In this document: one piece after another, positions 29,154-39,104 of the stretch
Numbering within the stretch: position 1 is the first letter of the stretch
Layout: each line of letters begins with the position of its first letter
Source: Thermodesulfobacteriota bacterium
GTDB lineage: Bacteria; Desulfobacterota_D; UBA1144; Nemesobacterales; Nemesobacteraceae
Reading direction: 5' to 3'
DNA: 64,000 nt
Assembly (NCBI GenBank): GCA_965221875.1
Contig: OZ244920.1
Coordinates: 1,502,444-1,566,443 of the forward strand
Position numbers and translations under genes: made by a program
The notes under the pieces: model-generated
Database searches by the model: none
Told to the model about the DNA's origin: nothing
The model's input: only the letters and a program-made list of their open reading frames with translations

Positions 29154-30086
29154 TTAAGAATATGCTTTAGCTGTTATCTCCATTACCTCTATATTACTCC
29201 GTTTTCCTACTGGTCCGGGAACCAATATCGCAAGATCGACTCCAGCTGCGAAATGCTCCTCAAGCTTTTTCTTGCAGTCATCTGGCGTACCGGCAAGTGC
29301 TACTGAATCTATCAGTTCGTCTGTGAACACTTCGGCCGGATTCGCTCCGTCCTGCACTTGGTCGATTATATCTCCGAAACCTATGTTTCTTATGAGTCTC
29401 TGGTAAAAAGGAAACCTGGCGTATGGGCCAAGCCCTCTTTTGGCTGCGGCGACGGCCGCGGCCCCATCATCCGAGACAAAGGACGGAATGCCGTTTGTAA
29501 TTGATATGGCTGAGGGATCCCTTTCCGCTTTCGTGGCGCCCGCGGCAACATGTTCTTTTAAGGTAGAGATATAAGCGGGAGGACAAAGATACGGCATTAT
29601 GCCATCGGCAACCTCTCCGGCAAGCTCCGCTGCGGCCTTGGTAAGTCCCGCTATATGGACCGGGAGATCGGTTGGTCTTTTGAGAGAAAGCCTAGGAGAC
29701 GTTCCGTCGGCAAACGCCCTCACTTCCCCGACATAGTCCCTCATGGCCTCAATCGGGTTTCCCATGTCTATATCGTATCTGTTGTTAACGGGCTTGTGGC
29801 TCACTCCGAGTCCGAGAATCATCCTTCCATCCGTTATTTCCTGTATCGTAAGCGCAGTCGCGGTAGCCATTACAGGCTGGCGCATGTATATGTTGGCTAT
29901 CCACGTTCCGACATTTACCTTCTCGGTGCACTCCGCAAACACCTGAGCGTTCGTTATGGCGTTGTAAGGCGGTACTTCCGGAGAGAAAATACCGTCAAAA
30001 CCTGCTTCTTCCGTGATTTTCGCAAGCGCTCTAAGATCGCTTACACTGCATCCCCAAACCGGTGAAGTTGTTGCAATTTTTCCCAT
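29154..30086 (-). CDS. LLM-class (luciferase-like) flavin/F420-dependent oxidoreductase
   Basis: EEAGFDGI, GRMILGLGVSH, AGEVADG, AGTPDDC..AAGVD; AGGAGG RBS. Confidence 0.88.
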   Translation of the reverse strand: MGKIATTSPVWGCSVSDLRALAKITEEAGFDGIFSPEVPPYNAITNAQVFAECTEKVNVGTWIANIYMRQPVMATATALTIQEITDGRMILGLGVSHKPVNNRYDIDMGNPIEAMRDYVGEVRAFADGTSPRLSLKRPTDLPVHIAGLTKAAAELAGEVADGIMPYLCPPAYISTLKEHVAAGATKAERDPSAISITNGIPSFVSDDGAAAVAAAKRGLGPYARFPFYQRLIRNIGFGDIIDQVQDGANPAEVFTDELIDSVALAGTPDDCKKKLEEHFAAGVDLAILVPGPVGKRSNIEVMEITAKAYS

Positions 30087-30107
30087 TCTAGCCTCCTTGA
30101 GTTTTTT

Positions 30108-31004
30108 TCAGTACTGGTTCACCACGTCTCTGTAGTAATCTGGACGAAGGAAAGCTTCGTCTCTTGTCTTTAACACTTCTTTTATCTCTTCAAGAACTCT
30201 GTTTTTTTCCTCGGGGAATTTCGCCCTGACGGGAAGATAATTTGATATGTGATTCGAGTAGAAATAGCCGTCGGAAAGCTCCGTATTCTCAACAATAGTC
30301 TCAAGCTCCTCTATCATCTGGAACTTGTCCGGAAGCTCAAACAGGCCTTCCTGCCATTGCTCGTAAATCGGTGCCCCGGGACGAAGCTGGAGAGAAAGAG
30401 CCCCGACATACTCCGGGTCACACTCGGTAAGAAGCTTCCCGGTAGCCAAGGCGTGTTCACTGCTCCTGTCCTTCCCGCCGATACCGAGAAGCACCATGAC
30501 CGAGTTCATTATCCCTGAAGCCTTAAGTTTTTTTGAGGCTTCAACTGTCTCGGCAAAATTCGCTCCCTTCTCTATTCTCTCGAGAACCACATCGTCTCCG
30601 CTCTCAAAACCTATGTAGACCATGCTGAGGCCATTTTCCCGAAGACGTGTGAGGTCTTCAACTGATTTCCTGAGTATGTCCCCTATGTTCGCATACACGG
30701 TGATCCTCTCAAGATCCGGGGCGTTTTCATGGAGATAATCCATTATCTCCATCAGCTTAGCCGTGGAGAGCACAAGCGCGTTGCCGTCCGCGATGAAAAC
30801 TCTTCGTTCAAGCAAACCGCTCTTTGCCGCGGCATCAATAATTTCTTTTATTTCGCCCATAGGCCTCACCCTGAACTTCTGGGTTTCCTTTCTGTACATG
30901 GCGCAATAGGTGCACTTGTTATGGGAACAGCCGACGGTGGCCTGCAGAATGAAGCTTTTGTGCTCGCTTGGAGGGCGGAAAAAAGGTGTTACATATTCGA
31001 TCAT
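30108..31004 (-). CDS. Radical SAM protein of unknown function
   Basis: FRPPSE, CSHNKCTYC (CxxxCxxC), FIADGNAL, GFESGDD, SNHISNY. Confidence 0.92.
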   Translation of the reverse strand: MIEYVTPFFRPPSEHKSFILQATVGCSHNKCTYCAMYRKETQKFRVRPMGEIKEIIDAAAKSGLLERRVFIADGNALVLSTAKLMEIMDYLHENAPDLERITVYANIGDILRKSVEDLTRLRENGLSMVYIGFESGDDVVLERIEKGANFAETVEASKKLKASGIMNSVMVLLGIGGKDRSSEHALATGKLLTECDPEYVGALSLQLRPGAPIYEQWQEGLFELPDKFQMIEELETIVENTELSDGYFYSNHISNYLPVRAKFPEEKNRVLEEIKEVLKTRDEAFLRPDYYRDVVNQY

Positions 31005-31049
31005 TACCGTAAGAATCTAACAAAGTTTCAGAATCTGTTCAATACATCT

Positions 31050-31078
31050 TTGCAATGACAAAAAACATAGGTTATTCT
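31050..31078 (+). promoter_or_regulatory. sigma70 promoter for the small membrane peptide
   Basis: TTGCAA-17 bp-TATTCT, with the ATG 9 nt downstream. Confidence 0.5.
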
Positions 31079-31087
31079 TGCGCCGTA

Positions 31088-31204
31088 ATGTTTGATCTTG
31101 AACCGCACGAAAAAGAAGGGTTTCACTATATCCTTGGCGTACCGCTGCTTATAGGACTCATAATAGCCATCGCCTTTCTGACGCACATCGTCCTTGCTCC
31201 TTAG
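31088..31204 (+). CDS. Small single-pass membrane protein, 38 aa (not in ORF track)
   Basis: MFDLEPHEKEGFHYILGVPLLIGLIIAIAFLTHIVLAP*; fills the intergenic gap; its stop overlaps the convergent gene's stop (TTAG). Confidence 0.65.
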   Translation: MFDLEPHEKEGFHYILGVPLLIGLIIAIAFLTHIVLAP

Positions 31205-31674
31205 CCCGTGCCCCAACGGATTATCCGCAGGATAAGTTCGCGGATTTCAATCTCCACTCCCGTACTGTCCCGGAAAAGATATTTCCCGTCTTTTGTCTCT
31301 TCCCAGACTGCCCCGAGAAGTTTTAAGTTTTTCTTTTGGCTTTGGGAACCAGGATCGATTTTCCTCCCGACAAATGTAACGGCGTTTCCATCCCCGCAAA
31401 ACACCATTACCAGTTTCGAGGTTCCGAAAAGCAGCAGAAAACCCAGGGTCTCTGCATCCGCATCAAAAACCGCGTGCATAAAACCCCGAGGCGAAGCAAT
31501 TACGCTGATTGCGTCTTGGCCATATTCTTCATTCAAAGACTCAACGCAGGTCTCAAAGCCGCGGCGGAGAAAATCCGAGACCTTTTCCCTTTCTTCGCAG
31601 GTTTTATCCGAGTCAGCCGGGACCTTTTCCTTTTCGTAGAACTCGGCAATCCATAGCTCTTTTCCCATTTCCAC
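31201..31674 (-). CDS. Hypothetical protein
   Basis: 157-aa ORF with protein-like composition; no motif recognised. Confidence 0.65.
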   Translation of the reverse strand: MEMGKELWIAEFYEKEKVPADSDKTCEEREKVSDFLRRGFETCVESLNEEYGQDAISVIASPRGFMHAVFDADAETLGFLLLFGTSKLVMVFCGDGNAVTFVGRKIDPGSQSQKKNLKLLGAVWEETKDGKYLFRDSTGVEIEIRELILRIIRWGTG

Positions 31675-31822
31675 TGCGCATTACCCCGACTTTCCGCTTT
31701 CTGCTTGGAGTCCGCGGACAAAAAACTTTGTCGTTTTAAGTGTTGAAAAATCGGCAAATCGGCAAGTTTTTTCTCATTCTTCGCTGAAAACGCTTCAAAT
31801 TCTTTGCTCGATATAATAATAT

Positions 31823-33562
31823 ATGCTTCAAAGGGGACAAAAGATAGACAGAATCCATGGAAACACCTCAGGTCTCACCAGAAGCGACCTGAAGAACCTG
31901 CTCAGAATATACAAGAGGAAAATTCCTCAGGATCGTCTTGTAACACTTGAATTCACCCGTACTCTCTTAGCCTTCTCAAAAGAACTCCAAAAAACCATAA
32001 CGGCATTTATCGACCGTAGAGGAAAGATAAGATTTGTATTCATCGGAGAACCTTGCGATTTTCCTTTTGAAAACCTGCTTGGAAGGATGCGAAGAGCGAA
32101 ATACAGTCTCAGGGGATTTCGCGTCGTAAGGACTAACCTCAAGGGAGTCGGTCTCACGAATTCTGATCTAACAACCCTGGCAAATGAAAGGCTTGACCTG
32201 GTAGCTTCTGTGTCTCTGGGTGAGAACGGTTCAACGGGACGCTTTGAATATGCGAACCTTGTTCCACCAGACGGAGAGAGCCAAGCAAAATGGGAGATTT
32301 CGAAATTTTCTGATGTAGGTCGCATAAATATTAATCTTGAACAGGAAATAAATGCCATAGAACAGTCCCTGAGGAGCGCTTTTCTCAAAAACGGGGGCAA
32401 GGAAAACAGGGAAGGAGTCATACTTGTGGGGTTTAGCACCAAGTTTCGCTACCTTGCTGAAAAATCTGTGGATGAGCTTGATTCCCTAGCTCTTTCCGCA
32501 GAGAAAGTAGTGCTCGACAAGGTGGTTCAGACAAGAAAGAACGTTGATCCCCGTTACCTCGTCGGCAGAGGAAAACTCAGGGAGATTGCTCTTCATGCAA
32601 AGCATCTCGGGGCCGATACCATAATTTTTGACACGGAACTTACCCCCGCCCAGGCAAACGCTATCGGGGAGGAATCCGGTCTTGATACAATGGACCGAAG
32701 CCAGCTGATAATACAGATATTTGCGAAACACGCCAAAACAAACGAAGGAAAAATCCAGGCAAAACTTGCCGAGTTCCAGTACAACTTGCCGAGGCTCAAG
32801 GGCAAGGGAGCTACCTTTTCCCAGCTGGGGGGCGGGATAGGCACGAGAGGCCCTGGAGAGAAGAAGCTTGAGCAGGAAAGAAGAAACATAAGAAAACAGA
32901 TCGAACAGCTCGAAAAACAGATTGACGGTCTTTGCAGAAGAAGGGAACACACAAGGAAAAACAGAAAAACCTCAAAAATTCCTACCCTGTCCTTTATAGG
33001 ATACACAAATGTCGGCAAATCCACCCTTTTTAACCGCCTGACCAAGTCATCCATCGTTACTCAGGACAAGCTTTTCTCGACTCTTAACCCGACGACAAGG
33101 AAGGTCATGCTTCCTGGAGGAAGACAGGTGCTTATGACTGACACTGTGGGCTTTATAAGCAAGCTCCCAAAAGAACTCATAAATGCGTTCAGGGCAACGC
33201 TTGAAGAAATAGGTGAAGCTGACCTGCTGTTTCACGTTGCAGACGCAAGCGATCCTGAGATCAGAGAAAAAATAGATTCGGTAATTAAGATCGTAGAATC
33301 CATGGAGTTCGAAAACATACCAAGTGTTCTCGTGTTTAATAAGATTGATCAGGCCGATGCGGACACACAAGCTGCTCTTCGCGAGACATTTCCTGGGACG
33401 CCGTTCATATCAGCCAGAAAAGGAAAAAATTTCAGGGATTTGCTTCTCTATATAGAGAAATTCGTTGAAGAAACTGATGCGGATTCCAAACTCCAGAATT
33501 TTAACTTGGGGGAAGAACTGAAAGGCAGTTTCTCGCCTTCCCTGCTGCATAGCTCGCTTTAG
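31823..33562 (+). CDS. hflX: GTPase HflX, long form with N-terminal extension
   Basis: GRGKL, GGGIGTRGPGEKKLE, GYTNVGKST, DTVGF, NKID. Confidence 0.95.
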   Translation: MLQRGQKIDRIHGNTSGLTRSDLKNLLRIYKRKIPQDRLVTLEFTRTLLAFSKELQKTITAFIDRRGKIRFVFIGEPCDFPFENLLGRMRRAKYSLRGFRVVRTNLKGVGLTNSDLTTLANERLDLVASVSLGENGSTGRFEYANLVPPDGESQAKWEISKFSDVGRININLEQEINAIEQSLRSAFLKNGGKENREGVILVGFSTKFRYLAEKSVDELDSLALSAEKVVLDKVVQTRKNVDPRYLVGRGKLREIALHAKHLGADTIIFDTELTPAQANAIGEESGLDTMDRSQLIIQIFAKHAKTNEGKIQAKLAEFQYNLPRLKGKGATFSQLGGGIGTRGPGEKKLEQERRNIRKQIEQLEKQIDGLCRRREHTRKNRKTSKIPTLSFIGYTNVGKSTLFNRLTKSSIVTQDKLFSTLNPTTRKVMLPGGRQVLMTDTVGFISKLPKELINAFRATLEEIGEADLLFHVADASDPEIREKIDSVIKIVESMEFENIPSVLVFNKIDQADADTQAALRETFPGTPFISARKGKNFRDLLLYIEKFVEETDADSKLQNFNLGEELKGSFSPSLLHSSL

Positions 33563-33594
33563 TTTCCCAAGGGCTTTAGCAGTATTGTTCGTAA

Positions 33595-33648
33595 AAGCAA
33601 GACAAAAAGGGGATGACCGTTTGCACGAACATCCCCTTTTCGTCTTTT
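33595..33648. terminator. Bidirectional intrinsic terminator
   Basis: aaaaggggatg...catcccctttt between convergent genes. Confidence 0.75.
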
Positions 33649-33660
33649 ACTTCTGTGACC

Positions 33661-33852
33661 TTACCAAGGCTTGGACTTGTCGTCCACTCCATCTAGATTC
33701 TGAAGCCACTTTGTATGGTCATAAAACGCAGCGCCAAAAGTAAGAGCCAGAGTAGCGATTATAATACCAATGTCGGTATTTTTGGTTTGCTCGGCCCTTC
33801 TTTTTATCCTGTCATGAATCGGATCTGGAATATTCAGCGTTATCTCTGCCAT
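33661..33852 (-). CDS. Small protein, ribbon-helix-helix-like
   Basis: AGGAGG RBS; MAEITLNIPDPIHDRIKRRAE pattern. Confidence 0.65.
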   Translation of the reverse strand: MAEITLNIPDPIHDRIKRRAEQTKNTDIGIIIATLALTFGAAFYDHTKWLQNLDGVDDKSKPW

Positions 33853-33884
33853 TACCAAAACCTCCTTGTTTTTTTTGATTAGAA

Positions 33885-34901
33885 CTAGTCGGCATCTCCT
33901 ATGCCTTTTTCCTCTCTGTACTTCTGGATCTCCTCCCGCTTTACCGTCGGTTTGAGAGTAAAGCCTGAGGGATCAGCGGATGCACCTGCGGCCGTAGCCC
34001 GAACTTCCTCGGCACTGAGGGGGGCAGGCTTTTTGTCTCCCGCAAGGTCTCCAAGCTGGGAATCTTCGAGCTTCCAGTCCGTAAGCCACTCGTCTCCGAG
34101 ACCGAAACGCTTGGTGAGCTTGTTGATCTCCTCAAGTCTTCCCGGAAGAGGTCCTGCTGGCTGAAGCATATTCAGATCCTGTAGAAGTTTTACTACCTCG
34201 GGATTTCTCTCGAAGGGGTTTCCAACCTGTTTTTCGAAGAACATGGTTTCAAACGGGGGTCGGCTTCTTGCTCCGCCGCCGTCCATGCTCTCCGCGGGAT
34301 AGCCGACGGTCATAAGCCAACTGAACACGTAAGTGTCCGGAAGGTTGAATTTCGCTTTCGTGTTCCTTCTGGCTCCACCGCTGGCGCCGTTAAGACAGGT
34401 CCCAAGACCCAAGGACGTCGCAACAAGACAGGCGTTCTGTATCGCGTTTCCAAGATCGATTGCGGCAAGGCGGTGCAGTACCGCATCGGGAAGCATTGCA
34501 GGAAGCGGGAACAGTCTGGATACCCTGTCATATTCCCAGCCATGCGCCTTATCGAGTGCTCCGGTTCTTAGAAGGTCGTGGATAGACTGACCCATTGTGT
34601 CGTAGTTGCCCATGTCATAGCACCAGAAGATAAGCACGGGAGCCATCTGCGTTGTGATCTGACTCCAGTCGGATATAAACTCCCATATTTCGGGATCTTC
34701 ATCCCTGTATACAACTATTGCTCTTTGTCCATTGAAGTTGCCTGCCGTAGGAGAAAGTCTGGCAGCTTCCAGCATGGCCTGAACCTTCCATTTCTCAACG
34801 GACTTATTCGGCTCATACCACCTGATGGACCTTCTTAGTCCTATGGAACTGAAGGTGTCCATGATACTACCAACTTCGCTGGCACTTGGTACATCACTCA
34901 T
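33885..34901 (-). CDS. Nitroreductase-family flavoprotein with C-terminal extension
   Basis: RRSIRWY, AARLSPTAGN, NACLVATSLGLGTC, VGYP; GGAGG RBS. Confidence 0.85.
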   Translation of the reverse strand: MSDVPSASEVGSIMDTFSSIGLRRSIRWYEPNKSVEKWKVQAMLEAARLSPTAGNFNGQRAIVVYRDEDPEIWEFISDWSQITTQMAPVLIFWCYDMGNYDTMGQSIHDLLRTGALDKAHGWEYDRVSRLFPLPAMLPDAVLHRLAAIDLGNAIQNACLVATSLGLGTCLNGASGGARRNTKAKFNLPDTYVFSWLMTVGYPAESMDGGGARSRPPFETMFFEKQVGNPFERNPEVVKLLQDLNMLQPAGPLPGRLEEINKLTKRFGLGDEWLTDWKLEDSQLGDLAGDKKPAPLSAEEVRATAAGASADPSGFTLKPTVKREEIQKYREEKGIGDAD

Positions 34902-35089
34902 ATTAATAACCTCCTATCTGGGTATTTTTTGTTCAAAATAAAGCTGAAACTGCAAAACATCTCCGAACATCATACCACTAAATCGCAGAAATTTCATCAT
35001 TAAAAATCAAAATCCCCTAAATTTTACAATACGGATAATTTGGTATACATTTATCGCCGAATTTATAGCGCAAGCAGGAGGAGTTATTA

Positions 35090-36244
35090 ATGAGAGACGT
35101 ATATATCATAGGAGTGGGAAACACCGCCTGCGGAAGATTTCCCGATAAAGCGGCTCACATTCTCGCACGAGAAGCCGCATGGGCCGCAGTACAGGACTCG
35201 GGAATTCATGCGCGAAAAATAGAAATCGCCTTTTGCGGCCATGTCTACCAAGGCATGGGAGTCGGTCAGAGAGCGCTTAAGGATATAGGGCTCGTCGGGC
35301 AGCCTACCATAAACGTGGAGGGTGCCTGCGGAAGCGGAACGCTTTCCCTCTGGGAAGCCTGGAGAACCATAGCCTACGGTCAGTATGACATAGCGCTTGC
35401 TCTTGGTGTTGAGAATCTAAGCAGAATTCTCTCCGGGGGTCCCCTACCCCTCGAGGAAGACGACCTTGAGGTATCCATCGGCATGGGAATGCCCGGACTC
35501 TACGCGATAAGAGCTTCAAAGTACATGAGCGAATACGGGGTCACTCTGGAGCAACTGGCGGAAGTCGTCGTAAAGAGCCGCTACCATGCTTCGCTCAACC
35601 CTCTTGCCCAGTACAGAAAGCCTACAACCGTAGAAGAAGTGCTGAACGCGCCGGTTATCGCCGACCCGCTTACACGCAACATGTGCTGTCCCGTTGGAGA
35701 CGCCGCCGCGGCCGCGGTACTGTGCTCCGAGGAACATGTTGGAGAGCTCGCTAAAAAAATGCCGGTAAAAATCCTAGGCTGCGTTGCCCAGTCGGGCAAA
35801 TACAGCAGTCCCACGGGTCTTACCTGTGATCCTTCTGAGAATGTCTGGAGAACTTCTCAGATGGCTTATGAAATGGCGGGACTGGGACCTGAGGACATGG
35901 ACGTGGCTGAAATTCACGATGCTTTCTCAATAGCGGAAATGATGGTTGTTGAATCTCTCGGCTTTTGCGAGAAGGGAGAGGGAGCGACTCTCATAGACGA
36001 AAAAAGCACGTGGGTCGGAGGCGACAAAGTCGCGGTTAATCCAAGTGGCGGCCTGCTTTCACGGGGACATCCGGTCGGAGCTACGGGACTTCTTCAGACT
36101 GCCGAGATTGTGAGGCAGCTAAGAGGGGAAGTCGAACCGGAGCGTCAAGTAAAAGATGCGAAAGTCGGCATTATCGAGACTATGGGAGGTGCCCAGCCTG
36201 CCATGGACGGAATTACCTGCGTTGTGAGCATCCTCGGGAAATAA
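35090..36244 (+). CDS. Thiolase family protein (SCP2/lipid-transfer type)
   Basis: EGACGSG, EIHDAF, NPSGGLLSRGHPVGATG. Confidence 0.9.
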   Translation: MRDVYIIGVGNTACGRFPDKAAHILAREAAWAAVQDSGIHARKIEIAFCGHVYQGMGVGQRALKDIGLVGQPTINVEGACGSGTLSLWEAWRTIAYGQYDIALALGVENLSRILSGGPLPLEEDDLEVSIGMGMPGLYAIRASKYMSEYGVTLEQLAEVVVKSRYHASLNPLAQYRKPTTVEEVLNAPVIADPLTRNMCCPVGDAAAAAVLCSEEHVGELAKKMPVKILGCVAQSGKYSSPTGLTCDPSENVWRTSQMAYEMAGLGPEDMDVAEIHDAFSIAEMMVVESLGFCEKGEGATLIDEKSTWVGGDKVAVNPSGGLLSRGHPVGATGLLQTAEIVRQLRGEVEPERQVKDAKVGIIETMGGAQPAMDGITCVVSILGK

Positions 36245-36432
36245 CGCAGACACGTCTTAATCGGCGTTCCTTGCGATCTCCCGTTTTTTTCTCTGCATCC
36301 AATTTATGCGTGCGGTTTTTTATCGCACTCAGGGGAGTATTGCGCAACCTTTTCTTGTTCCCCTATCCCACCGGTTTTCAATTTCAGACAAATTCTTGAT
36401 TCCGTACAAAGAAGAATTATTTTGTGTTTGAG

Positions 36433-39012
36433 ATGATTTCATCCGAAAAATTAACCTTAAAAGCCCAAGAAGCTATCGTGGAGGCCCGAAACGCAGCTAG
36501 CGACGGCAGGAATCAGGTGATTGACCTGCCGCACCTGTTCGGGGCCCTGGTGAGCCAGCCCGGGATGCCAACAAGGATTCTGGAGCGACTGGAATCCGAC
36601 CCTGGGGAGCTTGTGCGGATTGCCGCCGAGCAGATATCCAAGTTTCCAAAGGTAAAAGGGGTATCCGACCGGATATACATGAGCAGAGAACTTGATTCCG
36701 CCATCCGGTCAGCCGACAAGGAAGCGCAAGATCTTGGAGATGCGTATGTAAGCACGGAGCACCTTCTGATTGGAATTGTTTCTCACGCCTCCGGGGCTCT
36801 GGGAAACGGATTTTCAGAATCAGACGTGACCAAGGAAAGGATCTTAAAAGCACTGAAAGAACTGAGAGGTAGCCAGACAGTGAACACGCAGAACCCTGAA
36901 GACACCATGGAGCCGCTTCGCCAGTATGGAAAGGATTTCACAGAACTTGCCCGAAGCGGGAAGGTAGACCCTGTTATAGGGAGAGACGATGAGATAAGGA
37001 ATGTGGTCCGGGTACTTCTTCGAAGAACGAAGAACAACCCGGTACTCATAGGGGAACCCGGGGTGGGGAAAACCGCCATAATCGAAGGACTCGCCCAGCG
37101 TATAGTTGACTCCGATGTCCCCGAGGGACTTAAAGACAAAAAGCTGATTTCCCTCGATCTGGGATCGCTGCTTGCCGGGGCAAAGTACAGGGGACAGTTC
37201 GAGGAAAGACTCAAGGCTGTGCTGAAGGAAGTTACGGAGTCCCAAGGTGAGATAATTCTCTTCATAGACGAAATACACACCGTAGTAGGAGCCGGAGCGG
37301 CCGATGGGGCAATAGACGCGTCAAACATGCTGAAGCCGGCCCTTGCGCGCGGAGAACTTCACTGTATAGGTGCGACCACTCTTGATGAATACAGAAATCA
37401 CATAGAAAAGGACGCAGCCCTTGAGCGGAGGTTCCAGCAGGTCTATGTCGATGAACCCTCTATGGAGGAAACCGTGTCGATCCTAAGGGGTCTTAAGGAA
37501 AAATACGAGGTTCACCACGGGGTGAGAATCAAGGACGAGGCTCTCGTTGCCGCTTCCCAGCTCTCAAACAGGTATATCTCCGGGAGGTTTCTGCCCGATA
37601 AGGCCGTTGATCTCATGGATGAGGCCTCTGCGCGGCTCAAAATGGAGATTGACTCCGTGCCTACCGAGATAGATGAAATAAAGAGAAAGATAGTGCGCCT
37701 TGAAATAGAAAGGGAGGGATTCAGAAAAGAGCAGGATCCTGAACTTCTGGGAAAGCTTGAAGAGATTGAGAAAAATCTCTCGGAACTGAAGAGAGAAGCA
37801 GAGACGCTTGAAGCGCACTGGCAGAAGGAAAAAGACTGCATATCGAGAATAAGAAAGACCAAAGAAGAGATAGAAACCGGAAGAATGGATGCGGAGAGAG
37901 CGCAGAGAGAAGGAGATCTCTCCCGCGCATCCGAATTTCTTTACGGCAGGATCCCGGAGCTTGAAAAGAATATGGAAAGCCTGGGTGCTGAACTTTCCGA
38001 AATACAGAGTCAGAGAAAAATGCTTCGTGAGGAAGTGGGCGCCGAGGATATAGCCACGGTTGTATCGAAGTGGACGGGAATACCGATGTCAAGTCTGGTC
38101 GAGGAGGAGGTCGAGAAACTTGTTTACATGGAAGAGAGGCTCTCGAAACGGGTGGTGGGACAGCCGGAGCCGACAAGACTGGTCTCAAATGCGCTTCGGA
38201 GGTCAAGGGCCGGACTCTCCGATCCGAAAAGGCCCATAAGCTCGTTTATCTTCCTCGGACCTACCGGAGTCGGGAAGACTGAACTCGCCAGATCGCTTGC
38301 CGAGTTCATGTTTGACGACGAAGACGCGATTGTACGGATTGACATGAGCGAATATATGGAGAAGCATTCGGTATCAAGACTGATTGGAGCCCCGCCGGGG
38401 TACATCGGATACGAAGAGGGAGGCCAGCTCTCAGAAGCCGTGAGGAGACGACCCTATTCCGTGGTGCTTTTTGACGAGATAGAAAAAGCGCACTCCGATG
38501 TGTTTAACCTGCTTCTTCAGATTCTTGACGACGGAAGGCTCACAGATGGACAGGGGAGAACCGTGGACTTCCGCAACACGGTGATAATAATGACCTCAAA
38601 CCTCGGAAGCCAGCACATACAGGAATCGCCGGGGAACGGCGAGGAGATGGAAAACAAAGTAAACGAGATGCTCAGGAATTATTTTCGTCCCGAGTTTCTA
38701 AACAGAATTGACGAAGTTGTCATATTCAGCGGTCTGAAAAGAGCAGACCTCTTGAAGATAGCCAAAATCCAGATCGGATATCTAAGAGAGAGGCTTGCGG
38801 AGAAGAATCTTGGCATAGAACTATCCGAGAAAGCGGTTACAAGGCTGGTTGATATTGGTTACGACCCTGCTTTCGGGGCAAGGCCACTTAAACGCTCCGT
38901 ACAGAAATACATACAGGATCCGCTTGCAAGTAAGATACTGAAAGGAAGTTTTAAGAACTCAAGCACTGTAAAGGTGGATCTGGACAAAGAAGGAGACTTT
39001 ACTTTCGGGTAA
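36433..39012 (+). CDS. clpB: ATP-dependent chaperone ClpB
   Basis: Two AAA modules ([16 protein letters not shown]), long coiled-coil middle domain, GAPPGYIGY. Confidence 0.97.
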   Translation: MISSEKLTLKAQEAIVEARNAASDGRNQVIDLPHLFGALVSQPGMPTRILERLESDPGELVRIAAEQISKFPKVKGVSDRIYMSRELDSAIRSADKEAQDLGDAYVSTEHLLIGIVSHASGALGNGFSESDVTKERILKALKELRGSQTVNTQNPEDTMEPLRQYGKDFTELARSGKVDPVIGRDDEIRNVVRVLLRRTKNNPVLIGEPGVGKTAIIEGLAQRIVDSDVPEGLKDKKLISLDLGSLLAGAKYRGQFEERLKAVLKEVTESQGEIILFIDEIHTVVGAGAADGAIDASNMLKPALARGELHCIGATTLDEYRNHIEKDAALERRFQQVYVDEPSMEETVSILRGLKEKYEVHHGVRIKDEALVAASQLSNRYISGRFLPDKAVDLMDEASARLKMEIDSVPTEIDEIKRKIVRLEIEREGFRKEQDPELLGKLEEIEKNLSELKREAETLEAHWQKEKDCISRIRKTKEEIETGRMDAERAQREGDLSRASEFLYGRIPELEKNMESLGAELSEIQSQRKMLREEVGAEDIATVVSKWTGIPMSSLVEEEVEKLVYMEERLSKRVVGQPEPTRLVSNALRRSRAGLSDPKRPISSFIFLGPTGVGKTELARSLAEFMFDDEDAIVRIDMSEYMEKHSVSRLIGAPPGYIGYEEGGQLSEAVRRRPYSVVLFDEIEKAHSDVFNLLLQILDDGRLTDGQGRTVDFRNTVIIMTSNLGSQHIQESPGNGEEMENKVNEMLRNYFRPEFLNRIDEVVIFSGLKRADLLKIAKIQIGYLRERLAEKNLGIELSEKAVTRLVDIGYDPAFGARPLKRSVQKYIQDPLASKILKGSFKNSSTVKVDLDKEGDFTFG

Positions 39013-39104
39013 GAATTATAGTCTAACGGGCATGTTGCTTATATGCCTGCGAAGCACAGAACAAATACCCTGTTTCCCTGCTGCGCTTAGTTAAAGAACC
39101 GGCA

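Noticed and set aside
31028-31216. 62-aa minus-strand ORF
   Set aside because: Antisense to the better-supported 38-aa membrane peptide and overlaps its promoter.
36322-36348. Possible CIRCE (HrcA) operator upstream of clpB
   Set aside because: Only the left half resembles TTAGCACTC; the right half matches about 4/9.
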